In this document: positions 36,521-64,000 of the stretch, one piece after another | How the letters are laid out: every line of letters begins with the position of its first letter | Position numbering within the stretch: the stretch's first letter is position 1 | From: Felis catus | Lineage: Eukaryota | DNA length: 64,000 nt | NCBI RefSeq assembly: GCF_018350175.1 | Contig: NC_058369.1 | Span: forward strand, 14,076,001-14,140,000 | Direction of reading: 5' to 3' | Position numbers and translations under genes: made by a program | The notes under the pieces: model-generated | Databases searched by the model: none | What the model was told of the DNA's origin: nothing | What the model saw: the letters and a program-made list of their open reading frames with translations, nothing else

Positions 36521-39099
36521 TCCTTCCAGGGCCCTCCAGCATGCTTCTCCGGCCCTCCCTCGGATTTCACCATTCCTGGCCTCAGAGCCACCTGCTGCTA
36601 TCCATGACCCTGAGTACCTGGCAGGCCTCCCCTGCAGCAGGTTTAACACAGGCCTGCAGGGGAGGCAGAGGGAGTGGGCACTCATGTGCTGGGACTCAGA
36701 GGCTGGATCAAGACTACTGGTTCCATCGGGAACACCCCTGGTGATACTCTACTGTCCATTGATCAGGCCCTGTGCCTGAAGCCCCCAGTGGCCATGATCG
36801 AGGTCACCTGTTGGGGATATCACCTTCCCTGACACTGACAACCCTCCAGGGCTCCCACATTCTTGTGTTCTGCTTTCCCTCCCACGTTGGACCTCTTCCC
36901 AAAGCCTTTAAGATGTAGAGCGCAACAATCAGTGTGGGCCCTGTGGGAGGCCTGACCTGACCTTCAGGTGCATGGGTGAAAATAGAGAGGACTGAGGAGG
37001 CGCACGTCTCTCCTCTTCAACCTTCGTCCGGTTGAGCAACACATTCAGTTGGCCCTGGATGTTTACGAATTCAGTCACCTCTCTGTACATGCACAGCCTC
37101 CTGTGGCCCTGAACCCCCCTAGTGGCTCCTGCCTGGTATCCCGGCTTCCTGCTTATCCCAGATACCAGAAGGAGCCTGCTTGCCGTCCTCCCTCTGCTCA
37201 CAGCCTTCCATGGCTTCCATCATGCAGAGTAAAAAGCCAGCTTCTCGCTGGGACTCAACTTACCCTCACGCTCTCCTTTCCATCTTGCCCCCATTTGCTA
37301 CACTGGCCACCTCACGGTGCCTCTAGGACCCCTCCCCCCCCCCCCCAGTCCAGCCTGAGGGCCTTTGCAACTGGTTATTCCCGCTGCCTAGAATGTTATT
37401 CCCCCAGGCGCTAGCAGGGATCGTAACTTCCTTCAGACTTCACCTACAAACGTCACCTGCTCGGTGCACCCTTGACTTTCCCATCAATCTTTTTGTTAGT
37501 CTGCTCACTGTACCTCCTACTCATTATTCCTGACCATGCACTCTGTGTGGGCAGGGGTCCGTCCGGCCCATCAGACCAGGAAGAGACAGGCCCAGCCTGT
37601 GGGAGGTATGAGGCCTGCCCGGTCTGGTCAAGTATTAAGGCCCAGCTGGAGGCCAGAGACATGATTAATGCTGCAGCTTGCCCAGCAGGCGGAGGAGGAA
37701 CTCAGGGATGCTCAGAAAACTATACGTGTCCCCAGAGCCCTGATGGGCCTGTGGTGCAGCCCTGGATGTTCCAAGTCCCCCACCCCCACCCTCCCACCCA
37801 GCACTATCTGGTCACCATGGCAGCCATCAGTAATGGGAGAGGCGCCCCCGCCCACCAGCCCAGTCCCAGATGTGTAGAGTTTCATCTTGGCGGGACCAGC
37901 TGGAAGGCCACCAACGGGTGGGGGCGGGGCAGAAATGAAAGGTGGCTCCTGGTGCTGGCAACTGAGACCTGACAAGGGGCTGCTAAGCCCCTTCCCTGTT
38001 CCACCTGATGGCAGGCCTCTTCTCGCCCGAGGAGCTCATCCCCAGGCCATCCCTCCCCACCCCTGACAGATGCCTCTGCCCGGGGATTCTTCTGTCACTT
38101 CCCTCCCCTGCTGAGCTCCTCACCAGGCAGGGATGGGACAAGGGTGGGCCCTGCTGCTGGGGATCCCGAGCTCTACGTCCCGTCCTGGCAACCAAGCACC
38201 ACCTCTGAGGTAGATGAGGCCAGACTCTGGCAACCCAGTATCTCATCTTCTTCCTGGAGAGGCCCAGACACTGACCTAGGGACAAAGAGCACAAAGCCCC
38301 GTCCAGCTCGCAGAGCCCAGCGCGGCCTCCGGGGACTCTGCATGGGCTGTTCAGGCGGCCTTGAATGAAGGCTGGTCCCCCGGGAACCCGGCCTGGCGGC
38401 TCCTTCCAGCTGTTTGGGTGGATACAGCTCAATGGTGACCTCATCTAAGAGGCCCAGCCAACACCACTCCCCTGCTTGCCTACCTCCCTCTCTCTAGATA
38501 AGAGATTCCAGCTAATTCCCTGGCTTTCTCTTATGGAAGGGTGCTCACCGTGGATTTCTCTCTCCAGGTAGAGAGCTCGATGCCTCAGCCACTGTGCCCT
38601 CCCACGCCCACAGCCCCAGCAGCAGCAGGTCTCAGTCCCGGCTGAGGACTCCCCACAGGGCAGCAGATGGTTGGGTGGGGTTGTGGAGTGGGGGGGGAGG
38701 TATTTGCTCCCTGCACATACCCTCCCCATGTGGCTGAACTGAGGCCGGGGCACTTCCTAACTCCCTCACCACCTACAGACGACGCCGGGATACTGGTTTT
38801 GAGCCCAGATGCCCCACGTAATGGCTGTGACCACCCTGTACCTCAGTTTCCCTGGATGCCAAGTGAGCTTGGGAGACACGGCTGTGCCACTTGTAGCTCA
38901 GCATCACAGGGTGGCTGTTCAAGGGGTGTGCACCTGCTGCTCGCAGACCCTGGTCTCCAGGGCTCCCCTCCCAGGAAAAACCCTGGGTGACAGTGCCCAA
39001 GACCGTCCCTTTCGAGCCATGGTTCCCACATGTCCCTCCCAAAGCGGCCAGAGCAAACATGGATCGGGGGGGGGGGGGGGTATACCTGTGGTGGAGACA

Positions 39100-39105
39100 T
39101 TTATT
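39100..39105 (-). terminator. COPE polyadenylation signal
   Basis: AATAAA on the minus strand ~130 nt after the stop. Confidence 0.8.
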
Positions 39106-39234
39106 GACAAAATGGGGCCAGGCTAAGCTTCTGGCCAGAAAACGTGAGAGAACACGAGGATGGGTGCCCAGCAGGGCAGGTGCAATGCCTGGCCTCGCTG
39201 TGCCACGGCCCGGGAACCGCGTCTGGGGCCAGCC

Positions 39235-55484
<16,250 letters not shown>

Positions 55485-58400
55485 ATGGCCGGCTTCGCTT
55501 CGCTGGGGCTGTCATCGTGGCTCGTGGAACAATGTCGGCAGCTGGGTTTGAAGCAACCCACGCCTGTACAGCTCGGCTGCATCCCCGCCATCCTGGAGGG
55601 TAAGTGTGGCCCCGCCTCTTCCCCAGGAAACCTCCCCACTCCTATCGGCTCCCTTTCCTTCTCGCAGCCTTTGCTCGTGCCAGTTCCGCGAGTGGAGGGA
55701 TAAGCTTGGACGTAGTTACCGGCGAGCTTGGATCCCAAAGGTAGACTGGACGGTGTTGGCGTTCGGGCTGCACAGTTCACTCCCTGTGTGCCCATACACA
55801 AGTGATGTAATCTCAGAAACTTTCGTGACCTCAGAGCACAGGATGAATCGATACTGCTGGGAAAATTTGGTTGCGGTACCATCTTAATTTTACAAATGGA
55901 CTCTGAGGTCGTCAAGATTGCTAGTAAATGCAGAACTCTGGTCCGGTGAATACTCTGCTCCCCACTCTAACGGCCCAACCCAGTTTGCCATTAAAGAGAT
56001 GCCCTTAGGAAACCTTAGGAAGTGACGAGTGGAGGGATTAAATAAGCAAAAACGAAGGAATAAGTAGGGGGCCTTAGGATGCAAATTGGATGAGGGCATT
56101 CAGGTTTCCCCAAACTCAGATGCTCTGTGAGGGGGTCAAAATGAGATCGTGGCATCTTAGGTCAGGTGGATGTAGATTCCAGTCCAGCCTGCTACTCACT
56201 GGCTGTGTGTCCTGGGCGCATTTCTGAGACTCGTTTTCCCTTTCTATTCAATGGGAACAGTAATAGTCTCACTCTCCTAGGATTTGTCAGGATGCCTAGG
56301 ATGTAAATGGCATGGGCCAGTATGGGCACATGGTAACTGCTCATTAAACATTGACTATTGCACACTCTGCCCGATGGAACATTTGTCTACACCTGGGGTG
56401 TGTTAATGCCAGTTCGCTCTCTACCCAGGTCGAGACTGCTTGGGCTGTGCCAAGACAGGCAGTGGCAAGACAGCAGCATTTGTCCTGCCCATCTTGCAGA
56501 AGCTGTCTGAGGATCCCTATGGCATCTTCTGCCTTGTCCTGACACCCACCAGGTGAGCACCCCACAGGCTTCCTGGGTGAGTTAACCATCTGTGTTCTCT
56601 TGGACCAGCACCTTGACCTCTCTTAGCGTGCTTTCCCTGTGTTTAAAATGGAGACAGAAATCATGCCCGCCTCTCACGGGAGGTACAGAATTAACAAGGA
56701 TAAGTGTTATCCTTATCCTTAACAAGGAAGAGTGCTGAGTACAGGGCTTGTCTCACAGCAAGTGTCTGGACAGGAGCTATCAATAGTCTTATAGCCTAGG
56801 ATATACACACATCTCCTGTTCTTGGGCCAACAAATATGGAAGCTGACTTGGTAAGTCCTGTAACAGTCTGTAGGAGAGGTAGGCATTGCGTGCTGTGAGG
56901 GTGTGGTCTGGGGAAGGGACAGTGGAGGAAGACTTCATTCATGGGGTGCCTTAAAGGGACAAGTTTGGGGAACGATATTCTATAGGCAGAGGGAACTGCT
57001 ATAGTGCATTTGTGCAGAGGTGTGAGAGAGGCAGGGAGCAAGTCAGCCTATGAGAGACAACTTGAGACAAGCCCAGAATGCCAGGAAGAGAGTTAGAATG
57101 AATTCTATGGGTATGTGAGCAGAACAGGGCAAGATGGAGGATAGGAAGTGGGCCCGTGGGCCAGGGAGAGGCCCGGGCAGAGATGGGGTAGAGAGGAGGG
57201 GACTTGGACATCGACCAGTCCCAGGGAAGAGGGGACTGACGCTTAGGTTTCAGGCTTTGGTGACTGTGGTATTGAGGCCACTGCTGAAGAGGAGAGGCCA
57301 GTTTGGGTGGGACTGGAGGGAGAAGGGCCATGGGGTGTTGTGGGTCTCAGCTTGGTGAGAGGGCAGGGTCCACAACAGGGTTCCAGTGTACAGTTTCCGA
57401 GCCTTTATCCCAAGGGCACTGGGAGCTATGGTGGGTGTGTGAGCAGGGGAGGACCAGTTGGGAGGTCTGAGACCTACACATGGGAATGGGAAGCAGGCAC
57501 AGAACCCCCATCTAACCCAGCCTGGCCCCTTCACATCCACAGGGAGCTGGCCTACCAGATTGCAGAGCAGTTCCGGGTCCTGGGGAAGCCTTTGGGCCTG
57601 AAAGACTGCATCATTGTCGGCGGCATGGGTACAGGGGGCCCAGGGAGGCTCTGGGTAGGGGACCCCTGCAGCCTCAGACCCCCCTGCCCAGACCCACCTC
57701 TCATATTCCACCTGCAGACATGGTGGCCCAGGCCCTAGAGCTGTCCCGGAAGCCACATGTGGTCATCGCCACACCAGGGCGCCTGGCTGACCACCTCCGT
57801 AGCTCCAACACTTTCAGCATAAAGAAGATCCGCTTCCTGGTGAGTCGGTCTGGGGCACTGATTCATCCATTTAGGACATGTGTCTCACAGGCCATCCAGT
57901 AGAGCATTAGGAAAGGGGTGATTAGGACAGCTGAGGGATCAACAAGAAGGGGACTAGCCAGGGTGGTTGGGGACAGGGCCTCTCTGAGGAGCTGAGATGG
58001 TTGAGGGTGCAGATGTCTGCGAACCGGAGGGAGAATGTTTCAGGGCCCCCGTCCAAGGCTGGGCAGGAGGCGTGTGGGAGGCAGGCCAGGCTGGGCACGT
58101 GATCAGGCCCTGGCTGGTGCCCTCACCCCAGATCCACTACTCCCTGCCCCCCGCCGCCTGTGCTGCAGGTGATGGATGAGGCCGACCGGCTGTTGGAACA
58201 GGGCTGCACCGACTTCACTGCGGACCTGGAGACCATCCTGGCAGCCGTGCCCACTCGCAGACAGACGCTGCTCTTCAGCGCCACGCTGACTGACACGCTC
58301 AGAGAGCTTCAGGGTCTGGCCACCAACCAGCCCTTCTTCTGGGAGGCTCAGGCCCCGTGAGTCCACAGCCAGGTTCCAGGGGGCAGGGCGGGCAAGGCAT

Positions 58401-61400
58401 AGGGTTGGGGGTCACACTCAGCAGAGGTTATGGCCCACGGATGGTGTGGGGCATTGGCTCCATTCGGCAGTAGGGGAAACTGAGTCCACCCATCCCCAGG
58501 GTGCGTACGGTGGAACAGCTGGACCAGCGCTACCTGTTGGTGCCTGAGAAGGTCAAGGATGCCTATCTGGTCCACCTGATTCAGAACTTCCAGGATGAGC
58601 ACGAGGACTGGTCCATCATCATCTTCACCAACACGTGCAAGTGAGCATGGGCAGGTCTGCCCCTCTCCTCCCCCCAGATCTCCTCCCATAGCTCTTTCTG
58701 AAGGCCCGAGAGGTATGAGGCACACAGTCCGTCTTGGCACTCCAGGGCCTCTGCTCAGACCAGAGATTTCAGAGGATTTGCTCAAGGAGGCCCAGAGAGG
58801 TCAAGCAGTTTGCCGAGATCTCCCCTCGTGAAGGTGGAGCCAGGATTTAGGGCTTCTCAGACCTGCTCTTAACCAAAAGGTCTAGGGGCCTCTGGCCCTC
58901 CCCGGAAAACCCCTGCAGCGGCTGGGAAGGCCTTGGAGCAGCCTCTTCTCTGTGTCTAGCGGTGTCACTAAGGCCTGGCATATCAGCTCCAGTACCCAGG
59001 GCTGTCCTCTCTACAGTCACAGAGGCCTTCAGAATCCTTTGAAGCTCCCGGGGAGATTGTCAGGAGGCTGTAGGCTATTCAAGCATGAGCCAGAATAGAT
59101 AACGCAGTCTACATCACATCGAGGAGACCTCCTGCTGCTGCCCTCCAAGAATGTATTGGCTACCAGAAAAGTCTGGATGTAGGGCCGGCTCTCATTGGTT
59201 TAGGCCAGGGAAGGGGTCGGCAGAGAGGACGTCAGCAGGCAGGATACCCCTCACCCCTGCTTCTCTTTTACCAGCCGTGCCGGGTCGCCTACTTGGGGTC
59301 TTGGGGGTGCCGGGGCAAGAGTGCCTTCCCGAGGCCCTGGCTCTGCAGGGGCTGACAGTGTGTCTTTCCCACCAGGACCTGCCAGATCCTGTGCATGATG
59401 CTGCGTAAATTCAACTTCCCCACCGTGGCTCTGCATTCCATGATGAAACAGGTGTGGGATCAGGCCGCCCCCGAGACCCCCACCCCACCCCCCGCCTTGC
59501 CCTGGAGACTCGTCCCAGCCTCAGGGCCTTTGCCCAGGCTCTTCCTTCTGCCTAGAATACTTCCTGCCACCCTTTGGCCTCGGTGTGGCCTTCTCATGGG
59601 TGAGCCCTGTGAGGGTGGGACTGTCCTAGACTCCACCCTGTCCCAGGCCCCACACAGTAAGTCCTCAAACGCTTGCTGAGATGCTGCCTGACCCCCAGTT
59701 CTCTCCCCAACTTGGCACCAGAAAGAACGCTTTGCTGCCCTGGCCAAATTCAAGTCCAGCATCTATAGGATCCTGATTGCAACAGACGTGGCCTCCCGGT
59801 GAGTGGCCCCGGGGTCTTCCTTCCCATGTGCAGGCCCAGTGACACCCCCACAGAGGGACCAGAGAGAGGGCTGACCTTGGGCAAGAACTGGGGCAGCCCC
59901 AACTTCACAGCTGTGTGACCTTGGGTGAGTCCCCATCTTGGTTTCCACGTGTGGACAGGGGCCTGGACATTCCCACAGTGCAAGTGGTTATCAACCACAA
60001 CACCCCCGGGCTCCCGAAGATCTATATACACCGCGTCGGGCGGACAGCCCGTGCAGGTAAGTGGACGGGGCGGGGTGGCCCTTGGACAACTGTCCTTCCA
60101 ACCTGCCCACACCATAAGAAACCAAAGTCACGGGCTGGTGGGAGAAGATGTGGGGATATAGCCCGCAGGTGAGAGGCAGTGCTTAAAAGTTGGAGGAATC
60201 ATCCTTTCAAAAGCAAAGGCAGGGAGTGCTCTGGCTTACGAGATTCTCCCCTGTCCTGTGGTCCTGGGCAGGTCACATCAGCTCTCTGGGCCCACTTCCT
60301 CCTCAAACGACAGGTAACACGAATGCTGCTCCAAAGGTCACGGGCCTCATCAGCTGTCAGTGCTGTTCCAGCACCAGTCACCCTCACAGAAATGAGGAAT
60401 AGAGAAACTAGCGTGCACAGATCTGGGCCAAGGCCCGTCGAGGCTTATTGCCGACATAACTCCCTGGTAGCCACGCCCCAGAGGGAAGTCGGCCATATCA
60501 CCGGCCCCCGTGTAAAGCCAGCCTGACAGGAGAGCTGCCTCTCCTGCTGTCTCCTCTGGGATGGACTTGCCCTCACCAGCTCACCAAGCTCTTAACTCTG
60601 TTCCCATCAAGAGGAGCCCTGAGCTGCCTAGTGGCCAGAACTTGTCTTTGTTGGCCCCTAGCATGCAGCAGGTAACTACGGCACGTCCTTGCAGGGCGGC
60701 AAGGACAGGCCATCACACTGGTGACGCAGTATGACATCCACCTGGTACATGCCATCGAGGAGCAGATCAGTGAGTAGAGGGATGGGAGTGGGGGAGGCGG
60801 GTGCCTCCGGGCAAGATGCCCACTCACCCCCTCAGACACCTGCTAAGCTGCTCACGTGAGCAGGCTTAAACGGCACTTTCCTTTCTATGCAATCCCAAAT
60901 GAAAGCTTTTAGCCCAGTTATCAAAACAGAAGCTTCCCACAGTGGTCCTCAGCAGCTGAAAGCCACATCCGGTGGGAAGGGACTTAGGTTTCTCAGACTG
61001 GGGTGCATGGATGGTCCCTGTGGATGAGTCGGAGGCCCCAGGCACAGGGTCTGGATGTGTTTAACACCACCTCTCTTCCCCCACCGGGACGATTTAATTT
61101 GTAGCCCAGACCAAGAAATCTATAATCACTGCACAGACTGTCCTAAAACTCAGAAATCTCTGCCCTTTAGAGGACAATGTTTAAGTCACATCTACACCCA
61201 ACGTGAGGCTCAAACTCAGGACCCCCAAGATCAGGAGTCACACACTGTTCCGACTGAGCCAGCCAGGCCGGCACTTCTAAAGGACAGTGTTTTTAAAGAA
61301 AATACTTCCAGTCAAGTTCCTAGTGCTGCTGACAACAAAAAAGAACAGTCTGTCTATCTTCCTTTGGTCTACAATCCCCGCTCCTGCTCGCCTGACCCTT

Positions 61401-62018
61401 ACCTGACATGACCTAGTCTTGCATGCTCCACTGCATGAGGAGCTCACTCCAAAGCCAGAATCCCTCCCCCTGTCATGTCTGCCCTCTCCCGCCCCTACAG
61501 AGAAGAAGCTGGAGGAGTTCTCGGTGGAGGAGGCCGAGGTGCTGCAGATCCTTACGCAGGTCAATGTGGTGCGGAGGGAGTGTGAGATTGTGAGTATCGG
61601 AGGCCTTGGGGCCCAGGGGCGCCCTTTGAGACAAGGGCCCCCGTGACGGCCTCTCCTTCCCACCCGCCAGAAACTGGAGGCGGCCAACTTTGATGAAAAG
61701 AAGGAGATCAACAAGCGGAAGCAGCTGATCCTGGAGGGGAAGGTGAGGGCTGAGCTGGCAGGGGGAGGGGGAAGGTTTCCAGGAGGCCGATTGCCCAGCT
61801 CAGCCACCTCCCGGTGTTCCCCGTGCCAGGACCCCGACCTGGAGGCCAAACGGAAGGCTGAGCTGGCCAAGATCAAGCAGAAGAACCGGCGCTTCAAGGA
61901 GAAGGTGGAGCGGGCGCTGCAGCGGCAGAAGGGTGGCGGGGCGGGCCGCAGGGGGCGTCCACCCGGGGCCCCCCCTGAAGGGCACTCGGCCCCAGCACCC
62001 ACCCAGGACCGGTCCTGA
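55485..62018 (+). CDS. DDX49: DEAD-box RNA helicase 49 (Dbp8 orthologue), 483 aa
   Basis: join(55485..55599,56429..56552,57543..57628,57718..57839,58169..58356,58500..58640,59376..59451,59722..59798,59959..60056,60695..60769,61501..61589,61671..61742,61830..62018) = 1452 nt; [34 protein letters not shown]. Confidence 0.98.
56160..56350 (+). mobile_element. MIR SINE
   Basis: CTGCTACTCACTGGCTGTGTGTCCTGGGC...TTTCTGAGACTCGTTTTCC...AATGGGAACAGTAATAGT core. Confidence 0.7.
61175..61278 (-). mobile_element. Old short Can-SINE fragment
   Basis: TCTACACCCAACGTGAGGCTCAAACTCA..ACCCC.AGATCAGGAGTC..CCGACTGAGCCAGCCAGG. Confidence 0.75.
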
Positions 62019-62340
62019 GCCCTGTGTGGCCCCCGCCTGGCCAGCCTGGGATTCCTTCATGGAACCAAGGGTCAGAGGGGTCCTCCCCTCCCCCGGACCT
62101 GCTCTGTCCCTGTCGTTGGAACCCATGGACACCCACGCGGTGCACCGCACGGCCCTTCCCGCCCTGCGGCCCCTTCTCAGAGCCTCTGCCAAGAGCCAGG
62201 CTGCAGAGGAGGAAAGAATACCAGCTACAAAGTTGAGCGCAACTCCACACACAGTGACCCGGCTTCAGGGTCACCTCGGCAGGGGGCGGGGATTGCCATG
62301 GGGCCCTGAAGCCAAGATGTGTGGGTTGTACGAGTCACTA

Positions 62341-62346
62341 AATAAA
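62341..62346 (+). terminator. DDX49 poly(A) signal (duplicated at 62584-62589 by a SINE TSD)
   Basis: First AATAAA after the DDX49 stop. Confidence 0.75.
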
Positions 62347-62355
62347 TGGGCCTCT

Positions 62356-62582
62356 GGGGCGCCTGGGTGGCGCAGTCGGTTAAGCGTCCGACTTCAGCCA
62401 GGTCACGATCTCGCGGTCCGTGAGTTCGAGCCCCGCGTCGGGCTCTGGGCTGATGGCTCAGAGCCTGGAGCCTGTTTCCGATTCTGTGTCTCCCTCTCTC
62501 TCTGCCCCTCCCCCGTTCATGCTCTGTCTCCCTCTGTCCCAAAAATAAATAAAAAACGTTGAAAAAAATTAAAAAAAAAAAT
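62356..62582 (+). mobile_element. Feliform Can-SINE (young) at the DDX49 3' end
   Basis: Near-consensus sequence; TSD AAATAAATGGG(C/T)CTCT at 62340-62355 and 62583-62598. Confidence 0.96.
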
Positions 62583-63127
62583 AAATAAATGGGTCTCTCC
62601 ACTTCCCCATCGGACTCTGTGGGAGTGGGGGCAGGGGAGGAGGGTTCAGCTGCTGGTGCTTCCCAAGTCCCCTAGAACATCATGTCGCCCCCACCACACC
62701 CCCAGTTCTCCATTCCCATCGGGCCAGGCCCAAAGCTTTGAACTACAGTGCTGGCCATTCTGGCCAGGTGACCCTGGGTTTGAGAAGCCCTCTCTGAACC
62801 TCAGTTCCCTCATCTGGAAAATGGGCACACCAATGGCACCCCTCTCCAAACACAGCCATCAGGTTCAGTGAAACGACTCCCATGTGTAGTGAACACTACC
62901 ATGTTCTAGGAGCTTCTCTATCTGCTCACCTGGTGGGATTTGGGGTTTCTAGCCAGAGTAAAGGGGGGGGGTGCTTAACCAAGGGCCACCTAAGGGCAAA
63001 CCGGTCCAGACGTGAGTTGCGCCCGGGGTGGGTAGGGACAGCTATGCTGGGCAGAGCCAGGCTCTTGGCTGTGTGGCCTGTGCATGCTCGTCAGGCTCTG
63101 AAACTCCCTCTCCTCACTGGCAAGTGG

Positions 63128-63133
63128 TTTACT
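63128..63133 (-). terminator. Possible variant poly(A) signal (AGTAAA) of HOMER3
   Basis: No canonical AATAAA seen on the minus strand after the HOMER3 stop; AGTAAA lies ~390 nt downstream. Confidence 0.35.
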
Positions 63134-63523
63134 AAGCCCTACACAGCCTGAAGGCGGCTGAGGTGCATCGCAGAGGAAGCAGGTAGAGGGGTCCAGGGAC
63201 GGCGGTTAGATGCTTGGGTGCCCACACAACACACACAGGCACAGCCACTCTTAGAAATGTAATGTGGGCACCAGCACGCGCCCTGGGGATTCTAGAAATT
63301 CTACACAACGAAAAGCCCCAAAACAGCCCCTGAGCTGCGAGCGGCCAGGGCCAGCTGAGGCATTATGGCCAGGCCCTCCCCGGGCTGAGTTAGGCCCCCA
63401 GTCCCTGCCAGGGTGAACGGCCCACTGTGCCGCCTGCGGCCCGGCTCGTGCCCCAGGCGGGAATCCTGCGTAGAAAACCAGCTCCTGCAGGCCCCGGCTC
63501 CCACGCAGACCCCGCGGCCAGGT

Positions 63524-63715
63524 TCAGGGCGTGCCCTCTGCCAGGCGGGCTAGGCCCTCCCGCAGCTCGCTCAGCTCAAACAGCCTGACGTCCAGCAGCT
63601 GTGCGGCCCGGCCCACCTCAGCCCGTGCCCGTTCCCGCTCGGCCCGCGCCTCTTCCAAGCTGCGCTCCGTTGCCCGCAGCTGGTGCTCCAGCTCGGCGTT
63701 GCGGGTCTCCAGGTC
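63524..63715 (-). CDS. HOMER3: Homer scaffold protein 3, last coding exon (C-terminal coiled coil); rest of the gene is outside the window
   Basis: Acceptor at 63716-63717; [63 protein letters not shown]; consistent with synteny next to DDX49. Confidence 0.93.
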   Translation of the reverse strand, partial: DLETRNAELEHQLRATERSLEEARAERERARAEVGRAAQLLDVRLFELSELREGLARLAEGTP

Positions 63716-64000
63716 CTGCAGGGAGACGATAGGCAGGATTTGAGGCCCCAACAAGCCTTAAGGGTCACCAGCCCTGCCTGGGGCATCCAGCCTCTGAGTG
63801 TCATCCCATCAGACCCCACTCTGGGCCACGCCTTAGTCTCTTATCCTCCCTGCAGCTTCTGCCCAAGACACTCCGTGGGCCCTTGGCCAATCTGAATGTC
63901 ATGGAACTGATCACATCCCTCTTCTGCTCAAAACCCTCCTGTGACCCCATTAGGCTGGGAACAAACTCCACTCCCCTCCTTCCTCTCCTTATTCATTCCA

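Noticed and set aside
35481..36779. 353-aa and 288-aa ORFs over CERS1 exon 1
   Set aside because: CpG-island artefact; only 35772-36020 matches CERS1 and has a proper donor
36021..39100. Possible COPE-to-CERS1 read-through (same strand, ~3 kb gap) forming a larger polycistron
   Set aside because: COPE has a canonical AATAAA and CERS1 has its own CpG-island promoter; no sequence evidence for fusion

Overview
Mammalian genomic DNA, most likely a felid: it carries many young feliform Can-SINE/SINEC_Fc-type elements. It is syntenic with human 19p13.11. Gene order: 3' two-thirds of UPF1 (+), GDF1 (-), CERS1 (-, bicistronic with GDF1), COPE (-), DDX49 (+, head-to-head with COPE) and the last coding exon of HOMER3 (-). 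Exon chains reconstructed by hand from splice signals give intact proteins: GDF1 370 aa, CERS1 350/337 aa, COPE 308 aa and DDX49 483 aa. I found no wholly new gene system. The notable signals concern RNA processing. UPF1 has a long-loop alternative donor, a U12-type intron, a GC-AG intron 3 nt after the stop, and an in-frame 10-codon ORF followed by triple AATAAA at the start of its 'non-coding' last exon. Also present: 5'-only U2 snRNA retro-fragments in UPF1 introns (one inside a ~330 bp duplication), the CERS1-GDF1 bicistron with an AUG-free spacer, a duplicated E-box/T-box motif in the GDF1 intron, and a SINE whose target-site duplication copied the DDX49 poly(A) signal. Most ORFs in the supplied track are spurious.
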